This document shows, piece after piece, positions 63,269-64,000 of a stretch of 64,000 nucleotides of DNA (positions are counted from its first letter, which is position 1; every line of letters begins with the position of its first letter). Source of the stretch: Nemertoderma westbladi (Eukaryota; Animalia; Xenacoelomorpha); assembly GCA_032718475.1 (NCBI GenBank), contig JAUCBJ010004651.1, positions 79,253-143,252 of the forward strand. Reading direction: 5' to 3'. The notes below the pieces were generated by a model. That model ran no database searches and was not told the origin of the DNA. It saw only the letters and a list, made by a program, of their open reading frames with translations. Both the position numbers and the translations under genes were made by a program.

Positions 63269-64000
63269 TCAAGTCCACATATATTGTATAAACCACGTCA
63301 ACCTTTGCGGCAACATTTCTCTAGAAATGGGCTCCAAACTGTGGAAGAATGATGGTACAGTATTCCAATTGACATATAGAGCTAGGGCAGGCGAATATTA
63401 CATAAGTCTTCAGGCTGTCAGGAGAGGAATGGCTCCATTTGATGTACAAAGTTTTAAAGAGGACATCAACAACCAGAAAACATATTTTTTCCGAAGATGT
63501 GTGATATGAATAATGAACAGAACAGATGAATGCCAGAATATGTAAACTTCCAAATTCTGGAATTGATTCAACATCCTGACATCTACAAGATATAGTAGGC
63601 CTTCCTGAGTCTGTGACTGTGCAGCTGTGTGAGCTTGAATCTCGCAACAGTGAGGCTTTGGTCTACTGTTCTTCTTACCAACAGTAAGGCTGTAAGGATA
63701 GCGAATTTCTCTAGTCTTCTGCATTTTTCTCACCAATCACTAAAGGAGTTAACAATCATTAAAGTTATTAAACATGTCATGTCACATTGGTCACAGGTTA
63801 CACTGGTCACCCATTATCACCAAGCTCTATAAGCACTAAGCAGCAAAGCCTACTGCTACACCCTACTGCTGGCAGGCTGGTGATGTTGTAAAGACTGGCG
63901 AAATTTGAGGTTTTATCTCAAATTTGAGGTTTAACCTCAAATTTCAATTTTCGCCCCCAATAAAAGCATGTTTGCATTTGCAGCTGTGAAATATTTTATT

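Noticed and set aside
63270-63830. Short ORFs as upstream TUT4/7 exons
   Set aside because: No recognisable C2H2 zinc finger or TUT4/7 similarity; the 5' exons probably lie beyond the window.

Overview
AT-rich animal (probably invertebrate) genomic DNA. It has large repeat-filled introns and GC/CpG-rich exons. Three protein-coding genes can be supported. (1) The 3'-terminal coding exon of GTPBP2 (+, 231-1426). (2) A three-exon gene not resolved by the ORF track (+; 5414-5480, 16483-16616, 25893-26024). It splices in frame into a 110-aa prepropeptide: signal peptide, acidic propeptide, KR site and a six-cysteine inhibitor-cystine-knot (C-C-CC-C-C) peptide, which is a toxin-like knottin and the main finding. 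(3) The last four coding exons of a TUT4/7 (ZCCHC11/ZCCHC6-like) terminal uridylyltransferase (-, 57523 to 48639); its 5' exons were not found in the window. The rest is repeats. These include a deleted BEL/Pao LTR retrotransposon (31150 to ~40600) with a tRNA-like Pol III cassette in its long LTR, RTE-like LINE fragments, and several non-autonomous DNA transposons with readable TIRs/TSDs (MULE-, hAT-, piggyBac-like and TA-type foldback). There are also three large minisatellite arrays. All family assignments come from recognised motifs, not database searches.
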